Source: Gemmatimonadota bacterium
GTDB taxonomy: Bacteria; Gemmatimonadota; Gemmatimonadetes; Gemmatimonadales; Gemmatimonadaceae
Assembly (NCBI GenBank): GCA_040389905.1
Contig: JAZJZK010000015.1
Coordinates: forward strand, 32,001-96,000
DNA: 64,000 bases
Direction: 5' to 3'
In this document: piece after piece, positions 1 to 9,091 of the stretch
How the letters are laid out: each line of letters begins with the position of its first letter
How positions within the stretch are numbered: position 1 is the stretch's first letter
Position numbers and translations under genes: made by a program
Notes under the pieces: generated by a model
Seen by the model: the letters and a program-made list of their open reading frames with translations, nothing else
Databases searched by the model: none
What the model was told of the DNA's origin: nothing

Positions 1-158
1 CAGCGAATGTCGCGCTCGACCGACCAATATCCTCGATCGGCAGCGGCGGCGAGGCGGACATAGGCGTGACGCGGTGTCGTTAACGGGTGCAGTGACTTGG
101 ATGTCATCCCGACTCGCTGCGCTTGCTCGGGGTGACAACGCTCGATAGCCGCGCGCAT
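1..158 (-). CDS. 5' part of next operon gene, possibly ferritin-like/diiron enzyme (runs off window)
   Basis: ATG at 158 just after ligase stop; open frame MRAAIERCHPEQAQRVGMTSKS...RGYWSVERDIR to the edge; W-S-x-E-x-D-I resembles N-termini of AurF/acyl-ACP desaturase-like proteins. Confidence 0.4.
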   Translation of the reverse strand, partial: MRAAIERCHPEQAQRVGMTSKSLHPLTTPRHAYVRLAAAADRGYWSVERDIR

Positions 159-160
159 GA

Positions 161-1069
161 TCATGTTGAGCTCAGGAGTTGAGGTTGCGGGGCGAGCGAC
201 GGCCAGTTGCGCGCGTCGGGTCCATGGGCAACGAGGAACGCAAGCATCCAGCGATCGATGCCATACGCGACGCAGGCGCTGTGGGCCGGCGCACCGTCGA
301 TAGCAATCGCAAACGCGCGGCCGAAGAAGTCGTCGTGGAGATTGAAGGACGCAGCAGCGACGCGTTCGTCGCCGAGATCGAGCAGCAATTCCTGCTTCAA
401 GCCTTTCACTTGCTGGAGCAGTTTCCTTCCCCGCGCAGTCGACGCGAAGAACGGGTCGGTCGCCTGTTCCAACGTCGCGGAGAGGCCGAGCGATTTTGCG
501 AGCGCGATGCCACGATCAGCCCCGCGTGCGCGAAACGCGTGTGTTGTCGCGGCAGTACCGAGGCACACGCCTTCGCGCATCGTGAATGCCCACGCGCGTG
601 CGAGGGGGCGGAGCCGCGCGCCCTCGTGGCGCCAGCAGGTACACTGCAGCGTGACCACAAAGGGCGCGTCGAGTTCGCGGTCGGCGAGCCCGGCGTACAC
701 ATGGTAGCACGCTGCGGGCGGCAACGCTGCCTCGGCGGGCGCGCAGGCGGCACGCGCGGCAGTCACAGGATCGCCGCTGTCCGCGACTGTCTCCAGCATG
801 TCTTCGCGGAGATGCGCCGCGAGTGTGAGCCATTGCGGGAATGACGCGAAGTAACTCGCGCGCGCCAGTGTCGAGAGCGCGACCACTGGTGGCGGCGCCC
901 ATTCCTCGCATGGTTCGCTGTCGGTACACCCGGCGGTTTGTGTTATGACTGCTTCGAGCGCGCGAAAGAGGTGCAGCGTGTCGCCGCGAAAGCCGGTCAC
1001 GCCTGCACCACTCTCGAGCAGGTCGCCACGCGCTCGGAGCGCATGCACGACGCGTTCAGCGTTCTGCAT
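161..1069 (-). CDS. Amino acid:[carrier protein] ligase (atypical seryl-tRNA synthetase catalytic-core homolog)
   Basis: Class II aaRS motifs PAACYHVY, CWRHE..FTMRE, ATDPFF, SFNLH..FFG, HSACVAYGIDRW; no tRNA-binding domain; GGAGG before ATG 1069. Confidence 0.85.
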   Translation of the reverse strand: MQNAERVVHALRARGDLLESGAGVTGFRGDTLHLFRALEAVITQTAGCTDSEPCEEWAPPPVVALSTLARASYFASFPQWLTLAAHLREDMLETVADSGDPVTAARAACAPAEAALPPAACYHVYAGLADRELDAPFVVTLQCTCWRHEGARLRPLARAWAFTMREGVCLGTAATTHAFRARGADRGIALAKSLGLSATLEQATDPFFASTARGRKLLQQVKGLKQELLLDLGDERVAAASFNLHDDFFGRAFAIAIDGAPAHSACVAYGIDRWMLAFLVAHGPDARNWPSLAPQPQLLSST

Positions 1070-1337
1070 CGAGACCTCCGGCAAAGAGCGTCGCGATTCG
1101 CTCTGGCGTTCCGAAGTTGTCGGTGCGGATCAGTGCGTCGGGAATTTCAGCACCGATCGCGCGCTCCGTCCATGCAATCAGCTCGAGAATACGCAACGAG
1201 TTGATGAGTCCACCCACGAAGAGTGGCGTGTCGGCGGAGATGACAATGCCGTCGACCGCAACGCGCGAGTTGAGCCAATCCAGCAGCTCGTCGAGGAAGC
1301 TCGCGCGGATATCGTTGCCCACGACGCTCGCGCTCAT
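1056..1337 (-). CDS. Acyl/aminoacyl carrier protein
   Basis: 93 aa; DTPLFVGGLINSLRILELI..E..IGAEIPD..I..DNFGTPERIA; ATGA overlap with upstream reductase. Confidence 0.85.
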   Translation of the reverse strand: MSASVVGNDIRASFLDELLDWLNSRVAVDGIVISADTPLFVGGLINSLRILELIAWTERAIGAEIPDALIRTDNFGTPERIATLFAGGLDAER

Positions 1338-2479
1338 GCGGCCACCTCGGACAGCCCGGCGACACCACGCCAGGAAGTCGCTTCGAGGTGGTCGATCATA
1401 CGTCCCCAATATTCGCGAACCTGTGGCGCGGGAGCTCCGAGAAGTTCGGTCGCGCGCGCCGTTACGAACTCCTTGGGAAGGCCGAGTTGTGGCAGGAAGA
1501 ACGAGAGTGCCTGCGTCACCTGCCGTAGGCGCGCGTGCCCTGTTTCCTCGATTGCACTCGCGAAGAGCTCCCACGTGGCAAGATCGCCGAGCGACGGTGC
1601 AGCGATGCCGCGCCGGCGCCAGTTGATGTCCTGAGACCACCGCGCGTAGCTCTCGTCGAGCAATTCGCTGAGTGGAATGGCGCCCGCGCCGGCGCACAGG
1701 TGTACTGTTTCGCCGTCGACGGCATCGCGCAGCGCAATGCGCGCAATGCCGTCCGCCACGTAGTCCGCCGTGACGACGTCGAGTGTCGATCCAGCGCCGC
1801 CGGGAATCATCGCGGCGAAGCCATCGTGGAAAAGGCGAAGGGCGCGGTGAATGACGTTGCGCTGCGTTACCACTCCGGACGCGTCGTCGCACGCGACGGT
1901 GCTGGAACGCAGAATCACGACGTCGCGTCGTGCGGCGCGGACAAGTGCCTCGGCTTCGGTCTTCGACTGCTCATACGCATTGACCCAGCCGATATCCGCC
2001 GTCGAGGCTCCCTCGGCGGCCTCCACAATGCGTCCCGTTCGGCGACCCGCGACGAAGGCCGTGCTCACGTGCGCGAGCCGCGTGACATGCGGGCAGTCCG
2101 CAATCACGTCGAGGAGGTGCCGCGTCCCATCGCGATTCACGCTGCGAGCGAGGTCGAGTGGCCGCGAGAACGTCGTGTCTGCCGCGAGATGCACCACCGC
2201 GCTCGTGCTTTGTGCGACCCATGCACGCGATGCCTTCGTGAGTCCGAGGCCGGGCTGCGTCACGTCGCCGTCGAGGATGGTGACGTCGCTCGGAATGCGC
2301 AGGCGGCTCGACAGCTCAAGCCACCGCGCGCGACTGCGTACCAGGACCGCAATGGCCGGCGGCGATTCACACGCTGCCCACTGTTGAAGCACCAGTCGAC
2401 CGAGCGCGCCCGAGGCGCCAGTGACGAGCACGCCGCCGCTCGCGTGCGCGAGATGGTTGTCACGATTCGCGTGCATCAT
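1334..2479 (-). CDS. Thioester reductase / fatty acyl reductase-like SDR (NAD_binding_4)
   Basis: TGASGALG, GDVTQPGLGL, HLAADT, HVSTAFVAG, YEQSK. Confidence 0.85.
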   Translation of the reverse strand: MMHANRDNHLAHASGGVLVTGASGALGRLVLQQWAACESPPAIAVLVRSRARWLELSSRLRIPSDVTILDGDVTQPGLGLTKASRAWVAQSTSAVVHLAADTTFSRPLDLARSVNRDGTRHLLDVIADCPHVTRLAHVSTAFVAGRRTGRIVEAAEGASTADIGWVNAYEQSKTEAEALVRAARRDVVILRSSTVACDDASGVVTQRNVIHRALRLFHDGFAAMIPGGAGSTLDVVTADYVADGIARIALRDAVDGETVHLCAGAGAIPLSELLDESYARWSQDINWRRRGIAAPSLGDLATWELFASAIEETGHARLRQVTQALSFFLPQLGLPKEFVTARATELLGAPAPQVREYWGRMIDHLEATSWRGVAGLSEVAA

Positions 2480-3474
2480 ACCTCCAGGGCCAGCCCACTC
2501 CAGTGGGCGCCGTATCCGTACGAGAAGAGGAGCGCGCGATCACCGGGGCGCAGTGCGCCAGTCGCGAGTGCATCGCGGAGATTGATGAAGTTGTCGCCGG
2601 CCAGCGTGTGGCCATGGCGGGCCACGTTCTCCGACCAGAGTCGTGCGCGCGGAAGCCCAGCGAGACGAAGCAGGATGTCCCAGCTGCGCTCACTGACGTT
2701 GTGCGGGAGTACCCAGTCGACGTCGCTCGCACACCAGTTCGCGCTTTCGAGCGTGCGCCGAATCGCGTGGACGGCCGTTGGGAAATACGACGCCACGACT
2801 TCTTCGCGCATCGCAGCCGCGTCCCAGTAGTAGCCCTTGGTGATCGTCGCCGCGCCGGCGATGCGATTGCGTGCCCCGCCGCGCTCGAGCAGCACGGCGC
2901 ACGCGGCGTCCGAAGTGCAGTTGTAGATCGCCTCTCGACCCGCGAGGAGGGGATAGAATTCGCTCGCAACGCACAGGGCGCGGTCGATTCCTTCGGCAAC
3001 CATCATGGCTCTCGCGACGCGGATCGCGCCGAACAGTGTTGCGCACGCCATTTGGTCGAGTGCGAGCACGGCAGCGTTTTCGAGCCCGAGTTCGTACTGG
3101 AGCCTCGTTGCCGGAAAGCGGAAGCGATTCGCGGTGCACAGGCCGGCCGCGCCTTCCGCCGCGTTGTTGTGCGACGCGAAGGCCATCGAGCTGGGCGTGC
3201 CGCCATAGATGAGGAGTCCGATGCTCGTTGGATCGAGCTGTTCCTCCCAGATGAGGTTGCAGGCCGCACTCCGCGCGAGATCGTATGGCGTCTCGTCGGT
3301 CGCGACATGCACGGAGCCAAAGCCGAAGCGCTCGAGCATCGCGTGGTCGCTTTCGAGGGCGTTGTCGTCGCCGAGCTCGCTGACGGTCCGGCTTGTCGCG
3401 GGAAAGACGTGCGAAGTGGCGCGGACCGAGACGGACTCGTGGGGCTGGGGCACGTTGGCTCCGGGGGTAGTCAC
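2476..3474 (-). CDS. 3-oxoacyl-ACP synthase III-like condensing enzyme
   Basis: QMACATL (Cys), SDAACAVLL, LPHNVS (His), HGHTLAGD, GYGAHW; FabH-type layout. Confidence 0.85.
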   Translation of the reverse strand: MTTPGANVPQPHESVSVRATSHVFPATSRTVSELGDDNALESDHAMLERFGFGSVHVATDETPYDLARSAACNLIWEEQLDPTSIGLLIYGGTPSSMAFASHNNAAEGAAGLCTANRFRFPATRLQYELGLENAAVLALDQMACATLFGAIRVARAMMVAEGIDRALCVASEFYPLLAGREAIYNCTSDAACAVLLERGGARNRIAGAATITKGYYWDAAAMREEVVASYFPTAVHAIRRTLESANWCASDVDWVLPHNVSERSWDILLRLAGLPRARLWSENVARHGHTLAGDNFINLRDALATGALRPGDRALLFSYGYGAHWSGLALEV

Positions 3475-3578
3475 GGAGCGAAAGGTCGTGTCGGGGTGGT
3501 AAACGGATGATCCGTCAGGTTACGTAGAAGGCCGCGCAACCCTACGTAGACGGACTCCCGGCGTCCGTGCGCCGGACA

Positions 3579-3806
3579 TCAGCTGTGACAGGTGCTCAGG
3601 AGCCAGCCGCAGCCTACAGATTCTCAGGGGGTGTGGCGCGCGGGTGGCGCTTCACCAAACTCGCAGGGCCTAGGTGCGGGCCCTTCGCGGAGTTTATCCT
3701 CGAGGAGCGCGAGCGACGAAGGGCTCAGGCGACAAAGCGGGCGGAACGCCACACCCCCTGACGATCTGATGGCTGCGGCTGATCACTGAGCACCTGTCGC
3801 ATCTGA
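3579..3806. mobile_element. MITE-like element with 60-bp imperfect terminal inverted repeats and a nested REP
   Basis: 3579-3638 matches the reverse complement of 3747-3806 at 50/60; REP-like unit at 3673-3735. Confidence 0.6.
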
Positions 3807-3839
3807 GGCTGGTGGGGCCGGGGACCGTGCCCGCGAAAG

Positions 3840-4655
3840 TCAGTTGTGACTTCGCATCAGCAGCCAGACCCCGCTCACCAGCCCAATAACCACAACGGTC
3901 GCGCGCACGTACTGCTGCGGCACTCGCTGCGCGCCTTTTGACCCCAGGTACCCGCCCGCCATCGCCGCCACTGCCATTGTGAGCGCCACCGGCCAGTCCA
4001 CGATCCCGCTGAGGGCAAAGCTGACGGACGCGACCATGTTCATGCAGAACCCGCCCCAGTTCTTGAGGCCGTTCATGCGATGGAGGTTCGTGAAGCCCAT
4101 GAAACCGAGCGCCGCGAGCATGAGGATTCCCACGCCGGCGCCGAAGTATCCCCCGTACACGCCGATCAGGAATTGCCAGGCGAGGAGCATCGGCGTAGGG
4201 CCGGCCGCCGTGAGGGCGGTGTCGTCGAGCGTCGTCGCATGATGTCGCCGGATCCAGCCGAGCAACGGGCGCTGAACGACGAACAGCATGGTGGCGCCGA
4301 GGACCAGCCAAGGCACCACGAAGTTGAACGTCGCCCCCGGCGTGTGGAGGAGGAGCCACGCGCCGAAGCCACCCCCAAACAGGGAGGGGAACGGTAGCGC
4401 AATCGCCCATTTTCGTGCGCCGGTGAGCTCACCGCTGTAGCCGAACATGCTCGTCAGGGCGCCGGGAACGAGTGCCACGGTGCTCGTCGCATTGGCGGCG
4501 AGCGGCGGCAGTCCGGCCGCGACGAGTGCAGGAAAGGTGAGGAGTGTGCCGCCACCAGCGATGGCGTTCATGACACCGCCGAAAAACGCCGCTGCGCCGA
4601 TGAGCGCCCAGCGGCCATTCGTGAACGCTTGTGCGGGATCTTGGAAATGGATCAG
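3840..4655 (-). CDS. TauE/SafE (TSUP) family transporter; start uncertain
   Basis: GVMNAIAGGGTLLTFPAL, GVYGGYFGAGVGIL, multiple TM segments. Confidence 0.85.
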   Translation of the reverse strand: MIHFQDPAQAFTNGRWALIGAAAFFGGVMNAIAGGGTLLTFPALVAAGLPPLAANATSTVALVPGALTSMFGYSGELTGARKWAIALPFPSLFGGGFGAWLLLHTPGATFNFVVPWLVLGATMLFVVQRPLLGWIRRHHATTLDDTALTAAGPTPMLLAWQFLIGVYGGYFGAGVGILMLAALGFMGFTNLHRMNGLKNWGGFCMNMVASVSFALSGIVDWPVALTMAVAAMAGGYLGSKGAQRVPQQYVRATVVVIGLVSGVWLLMRSHN

Positions 4656-4829
4656 AAGAGGCTCAGTTCGGGGCTTCGAAGTACGTGCTCGCCGAGCGCG
4701 GGAAGGATAACGCATCGGTGACAGAGAGGCACGCAGCGCAATGCCGTTTGATGCTTCATTCGCATACATTTCGTCACGCGGCGGAGCGCGCGCTCAGCCC
4801 GGATCGACGCATTTCCACGGAGATGGGAC

Positions 4830-6203
4830 ATGAGCACTACGGAGTCGAAGACGGCCGGCGCTGAAGGTGGAGCGCTCGAGATAAAAGATACGCGTACAGG
4901 CACGAGCTACTCGGTGCCCATCATGGCCCCTGGTACGGAGGGCGATACCGCCATTCGCGCAATGGACCTGCGCCAGATCAAGCAGGACGCGGGCGAGTTC
5001 GGGATGATGACGTACGATCCCGCGTTCATGAACACGGCATCGTGCAAGAGCGCGATCACGTTCATCGATGGCGACAAGGGTATCCTGCGCTACCGCGGCT
5101 ATCCGATCGAGCAGCTTGCCGAGAAGGCCAGTTTCCTCGAAGTGGCGTGGCTGCTGCGCAACGGCGAGTTGCCGGACCAGAAGCAGTACGACGACTGGTC
5201 GCACCAGATCACGTACCACACGTACGTGCACGAGAACATCAAGACCTTCCTCACCGGGTTCCGCTATGACGCGCACCCGATGTCGATGCTGTGTTCGTCG
5301 GTTGCCGCGTTGTCCTCGTTTTATCCGACCGCGAAGAACATTCATGATCCGGCAGAGCGCCACATCAGCATCGTGCGCTTGCTCGCCAAGCTGCCGACGC
5401 TCGCGGCGTTCTGCTTCCGTCACGTCAAGGGATTGCCCTTCATCTACCCTGACAACGACCTCGGCTACGTCGAGAATTTCCTCTCGATGGTCGCACGCAT
5501 GTCGGAGTCGAAGTACGAGGGCAACCCCGCATTTGTAAAAGCGCTCGAGGTGCTGTTCATCCTCCACGCCGATCACGAACAGAATTGCTCGACGAGCGCG
5601 GTGCGCGCTGTTGGCAGCTCGCAGGTCGACCCGTTCTCCGCAATTGCCGCGGGTATCGCCGCGCTGTATGGCCCGCTCCACGGCGGCGCCAACGAGCAGG
5701 TGCTGCACATGATCAAGGAGATCGGCGACGTGAAGAACGTGGCCGGCTTCATCGAAGGCGTGAAGGGCGGAAAGGGCAACAAGCTGATGGGCTTCGGCCA
5801 CCGCGTGTACAAGAGCTACGACCCGCGCGCGCGCATCGTGAAGAAGCTCGCGGACGACGTGTTCAAGGTCGTCGGCGTGGACAGGGATCTGGAGATCGCG
5901 CTCGAGCTCGAGCGCATCGCGCTGTCGGACGACTACTTCATCTCACGCAAGCTCTACCCGAACGTCGACTTCTACACGGGGCTCATCTATCGCTCGATGG
6001 CGTTCCCGACGGACTTCTTCACGGTGTTGTTCGCCGTCGCGCGCACGGCGGGCTGGCTCGCGCAGTGGGAGGAGATGCTGAACGACAAGGAGCAGAAGAT
6101 CGCGCGTCCGCGGCAGATCTACACGGGTTACGGCGAGCGGGCATACGATGGCTCGCTCGACTACTCGGCGACGGCGGCACAGAAGGACGCGGTCCGGAAG
6201 TAG
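4830..6203 (+). CDS. gltA: Citrate synthase
   Basis: GILRYRGYPIEQLA, LHADHEQNCST, GPLHGGAN, GFGHRVYKSYDPRA, PNVDFY. Confidence 0.97.
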   Translation: MSTTESKTAGAEGGALEIKDTRTGTSYSVPIMAPGTEGDTAIRAMDLRQIKQDAGEFGMMTYDPAFMNTASCKSAITFIDGDKGILRYRGYPIEQLAEKASFLEVAWLLRNGELPDQKQYDDWSHQITYHTYVHENIKTFLTGFRYDAHPMSMLCSSVAALSSFYPTAKNIHDPAERHISIVRLLAKLPTLAAFCFRHVKGLPFIYPDNDLGYVENFLSMVARMSESKYEGNPAFVKALEVLFILHADHEQNCSTSAVRAVGSSQVDPFSAIAAGIAALYGPLHGGANEQVLHMIKEIGDVKNVAGFIEGVKGGKGNKLMGFGHRVYKSYDPRARIVKKLADDVFKVVGVDRDLEIALELERIALSDDYFISRKLYPNVDFYTGLIYRSMAFPTDFFTVLFAVARTAGWLAQWEEMLNDKEQKIARPRQIYTGYGERAYDGSLDYSATAAQKDAVRK

Positions 6204-6225
6204 GTCAGTCGGCCACTCGGTCGTG

Positions 6226-6270
6226 AAAAGGGGATCCAGGCTGTCATCACCGACACCCTGGATCCCCTTT
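6226..6270 (+). terminator. Hairpin terminator after gltA
   Basis: AAAGGGGATCCAGG...CCTGGATCCCCTTT. Confidence 0.7.
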
Positions 6271-6288
6271 CGGCATAATGTGGCCGAT

Positions 6289-6354
6289 GTGTATTAGTTG
6301 ACAAATACACCACCCGACGGTACGATGGAGGTGTGTATTACTCAACTAATTCAC
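6289..6354 (+). promoter_or_regulatory. Sigma70 promoter with two YtrA/GntR operator palindromes
   Basis: TTGACA 6298-6303, 17-bp spacer, TACGAT 6321-6326; boxes GTGTATTAGTTGACAAATACAC (6289-6310) and GTGTATTACTCAACTAATTCAC (6333-6354). Confidence 0.8.
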
Positions 6355-6355
6355 C

Positions 6356-6751
6356 GTGCTGATCGTCGTCGATCACAACAGCGGCGTTCCGGTTTTTCGC
6401 CAGATCATCGAACAGGTTCGCTTCCACGTGGCGAGCGGCCTGCTCATGCCCGGCGACGAATTGCCATCGACGCGCGGACTCTCGCAGGAGCTTGGCGTCA
6501 ACCCGATGACGGTGAGCAAGGCGTACAGCCTGCTCGAGCAAAACGGACTCGTCGAACGGCGACCGGGATTACCGCTGGTGGTTCGGTCACGCACCGCCGA
6601 TGCGGTGGAGGGTGAGCGACTCACACACCTTCGCGTCGCACTCGAACCAGCGCGGCGCGTGGCCCGCCAGCTCGGCATCTCTCCGACCGAGGCCGCCTCC
6701 GCCTTCCGCGCTCTGCTCGAGGCCACCTCGCCCACTGAGGACGACAAATGA
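6356..6751 (+). CDS. GntR family regulator, YtrA subfamily
   Basis: PVFRQIIEQV..G.L.PGDELPSTRGLSQELGVNPMTVSKAY; short C-domain; heads ABC operon. Confidence 0.92.
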   Translation: MLIVVDHNSGVPVFRQIIEQVRFHVASGLLMPGDELPSTRGLSQELGVNPMTVSKAYSLLEQNGLVERRPGLPLVVRSRTADAVEGERLTHLRVALEPARRVARQLGISPTEAASAFRALLEATSPTEDDK

Positions 6752-7659
6752 CGGATTATCTCAGGCTCGCCGATGTGAGCAAACGCTTCGGCCAGAAGAC
6801 TGCGCTCGACAACGTATCACTCGCCGTTGGTGAGCCGTCGATTCTCGGTCTCGTCGGCAAGAACGGGAGTGGCAAGACGACACTGCTACGCCACATCGTC
6901 GGACTCTACCTGCCCACCAGCGGCGCCTGCACCACATTCGGACGAGCGACCGCCGAGCTTGGCGCAAGGGAGCTCGCGCGCATCGGCATGCTGCACCAAC
7001 ACGACACGCTGATCGGTTGGATGAAAGCCGAGCAATTATTGAACTATGTGGCCAGCTTCTATCGCGTGTGGGATCGCGAGTTGGAGCGACAACTCGTCGC
7101 GATGCTGGAAATCGTGCCGAGTGAGCGCGTCTTGACGATGTCACCCGGCAATCGGCAGAAGCTCGCGCTCGTTATCGCAACGTGCCACCATCCGTCACTG
7201 CTTCTCCTCGACGAACCGCTGAGTGATCTCGATCCGATCGTCCGTCGAGATGTGGTCGAGACGCTGCTCGATCGCTTTCGCTCCGATGAGATGGCCATCG
7301 TGATCTCGTCCCATCTTCTGGACGACGTCGAGCGCATCGCCGACCGCATCGTCTGCCTGGACAAGGGACGCGTCGTCGCTGACGCACCGCTCGACGACCT
7401 CAAGGAGCGGTACGAAGAATGGACCGTCACGTCGCCGAGCGGCACGCTGCCCGCACACTTTGCGGAGCCGTACGTCGTCGCGCAGGAGTCCGATCGAACG
7501 CGCGCACGTCTCACGGTAAAGGACCCAGCGTTGCACCGCGCAACCTTCAGCGCGACGTACGACGGCGAGGTCGAACAACATCCGTTGAATCTCGAGCAGC
7601 TCTTCCGAGTACTCACCGGCGCGACGACGACTCGCCGCGCCGAGGAATCATTGGTATGA
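6748..7659 (+). CDS. ABC transporter ATP-binding protein (YtrB-like)
   Basis: GKNGSGKTT, MSPGNRQK, LLLLDEP, SSH. Confidence 0.93.
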   Translation: MTDYLRLADVSKRFGQKTALDNVSLAVGEPSILGLVGKNGSGKTTLLRHIVGLYLPTSGACTTFGRATAELGARELARIGMLHQHDTLIGWMKAEQLLNYVASFYRVWDRELERQLVAMLEIVPSERVLTMSPGNRQKLALVIATCHHPSLLLLDEPLSDLDPIVRRDVVETLLDRFRSDEMAIVISSHLLDDVERIADRIVCLDKGRVVADAPLDDLKERYEEWTVTSPSGTLPAHFAEPYVVAQESDRTRARLTVKDPALHRATFSATYDGEVEQHPLNLEQLFRVLTGATTTRRAEESLV

Positions 7660-9056
7660 GCGGGCGCATGGTACACGAGCCATCGCGGCGGGTGGCATAT
7701 CCCGGCGGTAACCCCGCGATTGCGTTCTACGGCTACATGTGGCGCCCGTGGATACTGATCGCCGGCATGTACCTGCTCGCGCTGTTTACCACCATGCCGC
7801 TCTGGAGCCTTCCCGAAGATCCTGGTCCCCTGGTTGCGTCATGGCGTGCAGGCGTTTCGTCTCCCGAGGTACTCGTCGCGGTGTGGCGTGAGACGCTCAT
7901 GATACCGTTGGGTGTCGGCATCGCCATTGGTATCGCGACCGGTATGCTCCGATCGCGGCCCTTTGCGTGGACGCTTCCGTCGCTCGATCGACGGTTATTG
8001 GGCGGAGCACTTCCGGTGATGGTACTGCTTGCGGCTGCGATCGCGTTTGCGCACTCGCCGGTCATTGGACTGGTTCCTTCGCTTGCCGCGGCGGGAGTTT
8101 CGCTGCTCGCGTATGCCGTCGGTGCGACGCTCGTGTCTCCGGAATTTGGCAAGGTTGCCCGAACGGTCATCGCCGGCGGCGTGCTTGCGATGGTGCTGCG
8201 TCCCCAGGCATTGGTGGATCTGGCGAGTCGCGCACCGCTCGAGGTAGCGCTTGCGTGCAGCGGTGCAGCCGCGTTGCTGATGGTGCGAGGTGCAACCGCG
8301 ACGGTCGCGCGCGAATATCATCGCGTCGGAGGCGAAGCACTCCAGCATGGGCTGGCGGCGCGACTGGTATTCGGCTCGAAGCGCGAACTACCCCAGTATG
8401 CACCGCTGGAAGCGGATACCCTCGTGGGCTGGTGGCGTGCGGCGAACTATTCAGCCCAGACTGGATTGGGACGACTCGCCGTGCCGGTCGCGTTCATGGT
8501 GTCGTTCGCATACGTCACGGGGAACCCAGCGCTTCTGATCATGTCGATTGCCCTTCCGATGCATGGAATGGGCGTTGGACAGCCGGAGGGACGCCTGCTC
8601 TACCCGTTGTCGCGGGCACGACGCGGGCAACTGGCGTACCTGCGCTCACTCGCACTGATCCTGACATCGACACTTCTTGTTGCGCTCTTCGCGACTCCAC
8701 TCTTTCTGCTGCGACCATTTCCACAGGTGCTCGTGTCAGCAGGGACGCCGAGTGTCAACGTCGCGCCGCTGCTCTGTGCCTGCTTCGCGTGGGCACCGGT
8801 GGCCCACTGGGCTTCAACGCGTCCACCACTCATGGACACGAGACGTCAATACGTTGGCGCGCAGCTCGTGGCTCGCTTCGGCGGTCTCATGGTGTTCCTG
8901 ATCGTGGTGATGTCCACGAGGGGTGCATATCGGGGCTTCGCCGATCGCCTGCCCTTCGCGGTCTGGCTCGTGTCGTTCGGTCTACTCGTGGTGGTGATTC
9001 AGGGGCTCCACTATTTGTTGATTCGGCGAGCGTATGCGAGCAGGGACCTCCTCTGA
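7656..9056 (+). CDS. Polytopic membrane protein, probable ABC permease
   Basis: ATGA overlap with ATPase; many hydrophobic helices. Confidence 0.7.
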   Translation: MSGRMVHEPSRRVAYPGGNPAIAFYGYMWRPWILIAGMYLLALFTTMPLWSLPEDPGPLVASWRAGVSSPEVLVAVWRETLMIPLGVGIAIGIATGMLRSRPFAWTLPSLDRRLLGGALPVMVLLAAAIAFAHSPVIGLVPSLAAAGVSLLAYAVGATLVSPEFGKVARTVIAGGVLAMVLRPQALVDLASRAPLEVALACSGAAALLMVRGATATVAREYHRVGGEALQHGLAARLVFGSKRELPQYAPLEADTLVGWWRAANYSAQTGLGRLAVPVAFMVSFAYVTGNPALLIMSIALPMHGMGVGQPEGRLLYPLSRARRGQLAYLRSLALILTSTLLVALFATPLFLLRPFPQVLVSAGTPSVNVAPLLCACFAWAPVAHWASTRPPLMDTRRQYVGAQLVARFGGLMVFLIVVMSTRGAYRGFADRLPFAVWLVSFGLLVVVIQGLHYLLIRRAYASRDLL

Positions 9057-9091
9057 CGTGAGCAGGCCGCCGTCGCTGTTCGGTGGCGCTG

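Noticed and set aside
161..1069. Housekeeping serS
   Set aside because: Too short, no tRNA-binding domain, coupled to a carrier protein
1338..1892. N-terminal extension of the 278-aa ORF containing the carrier protein
   Set aside because: Arg-rich shadow frame overlapping the reductase; real start is ATG 1337
3480..3830. Riboswitch upstream of the biosynthetic operon
   Set aside because: No recognisable aptamer consensus; structure explained by inverted repeats and a REP
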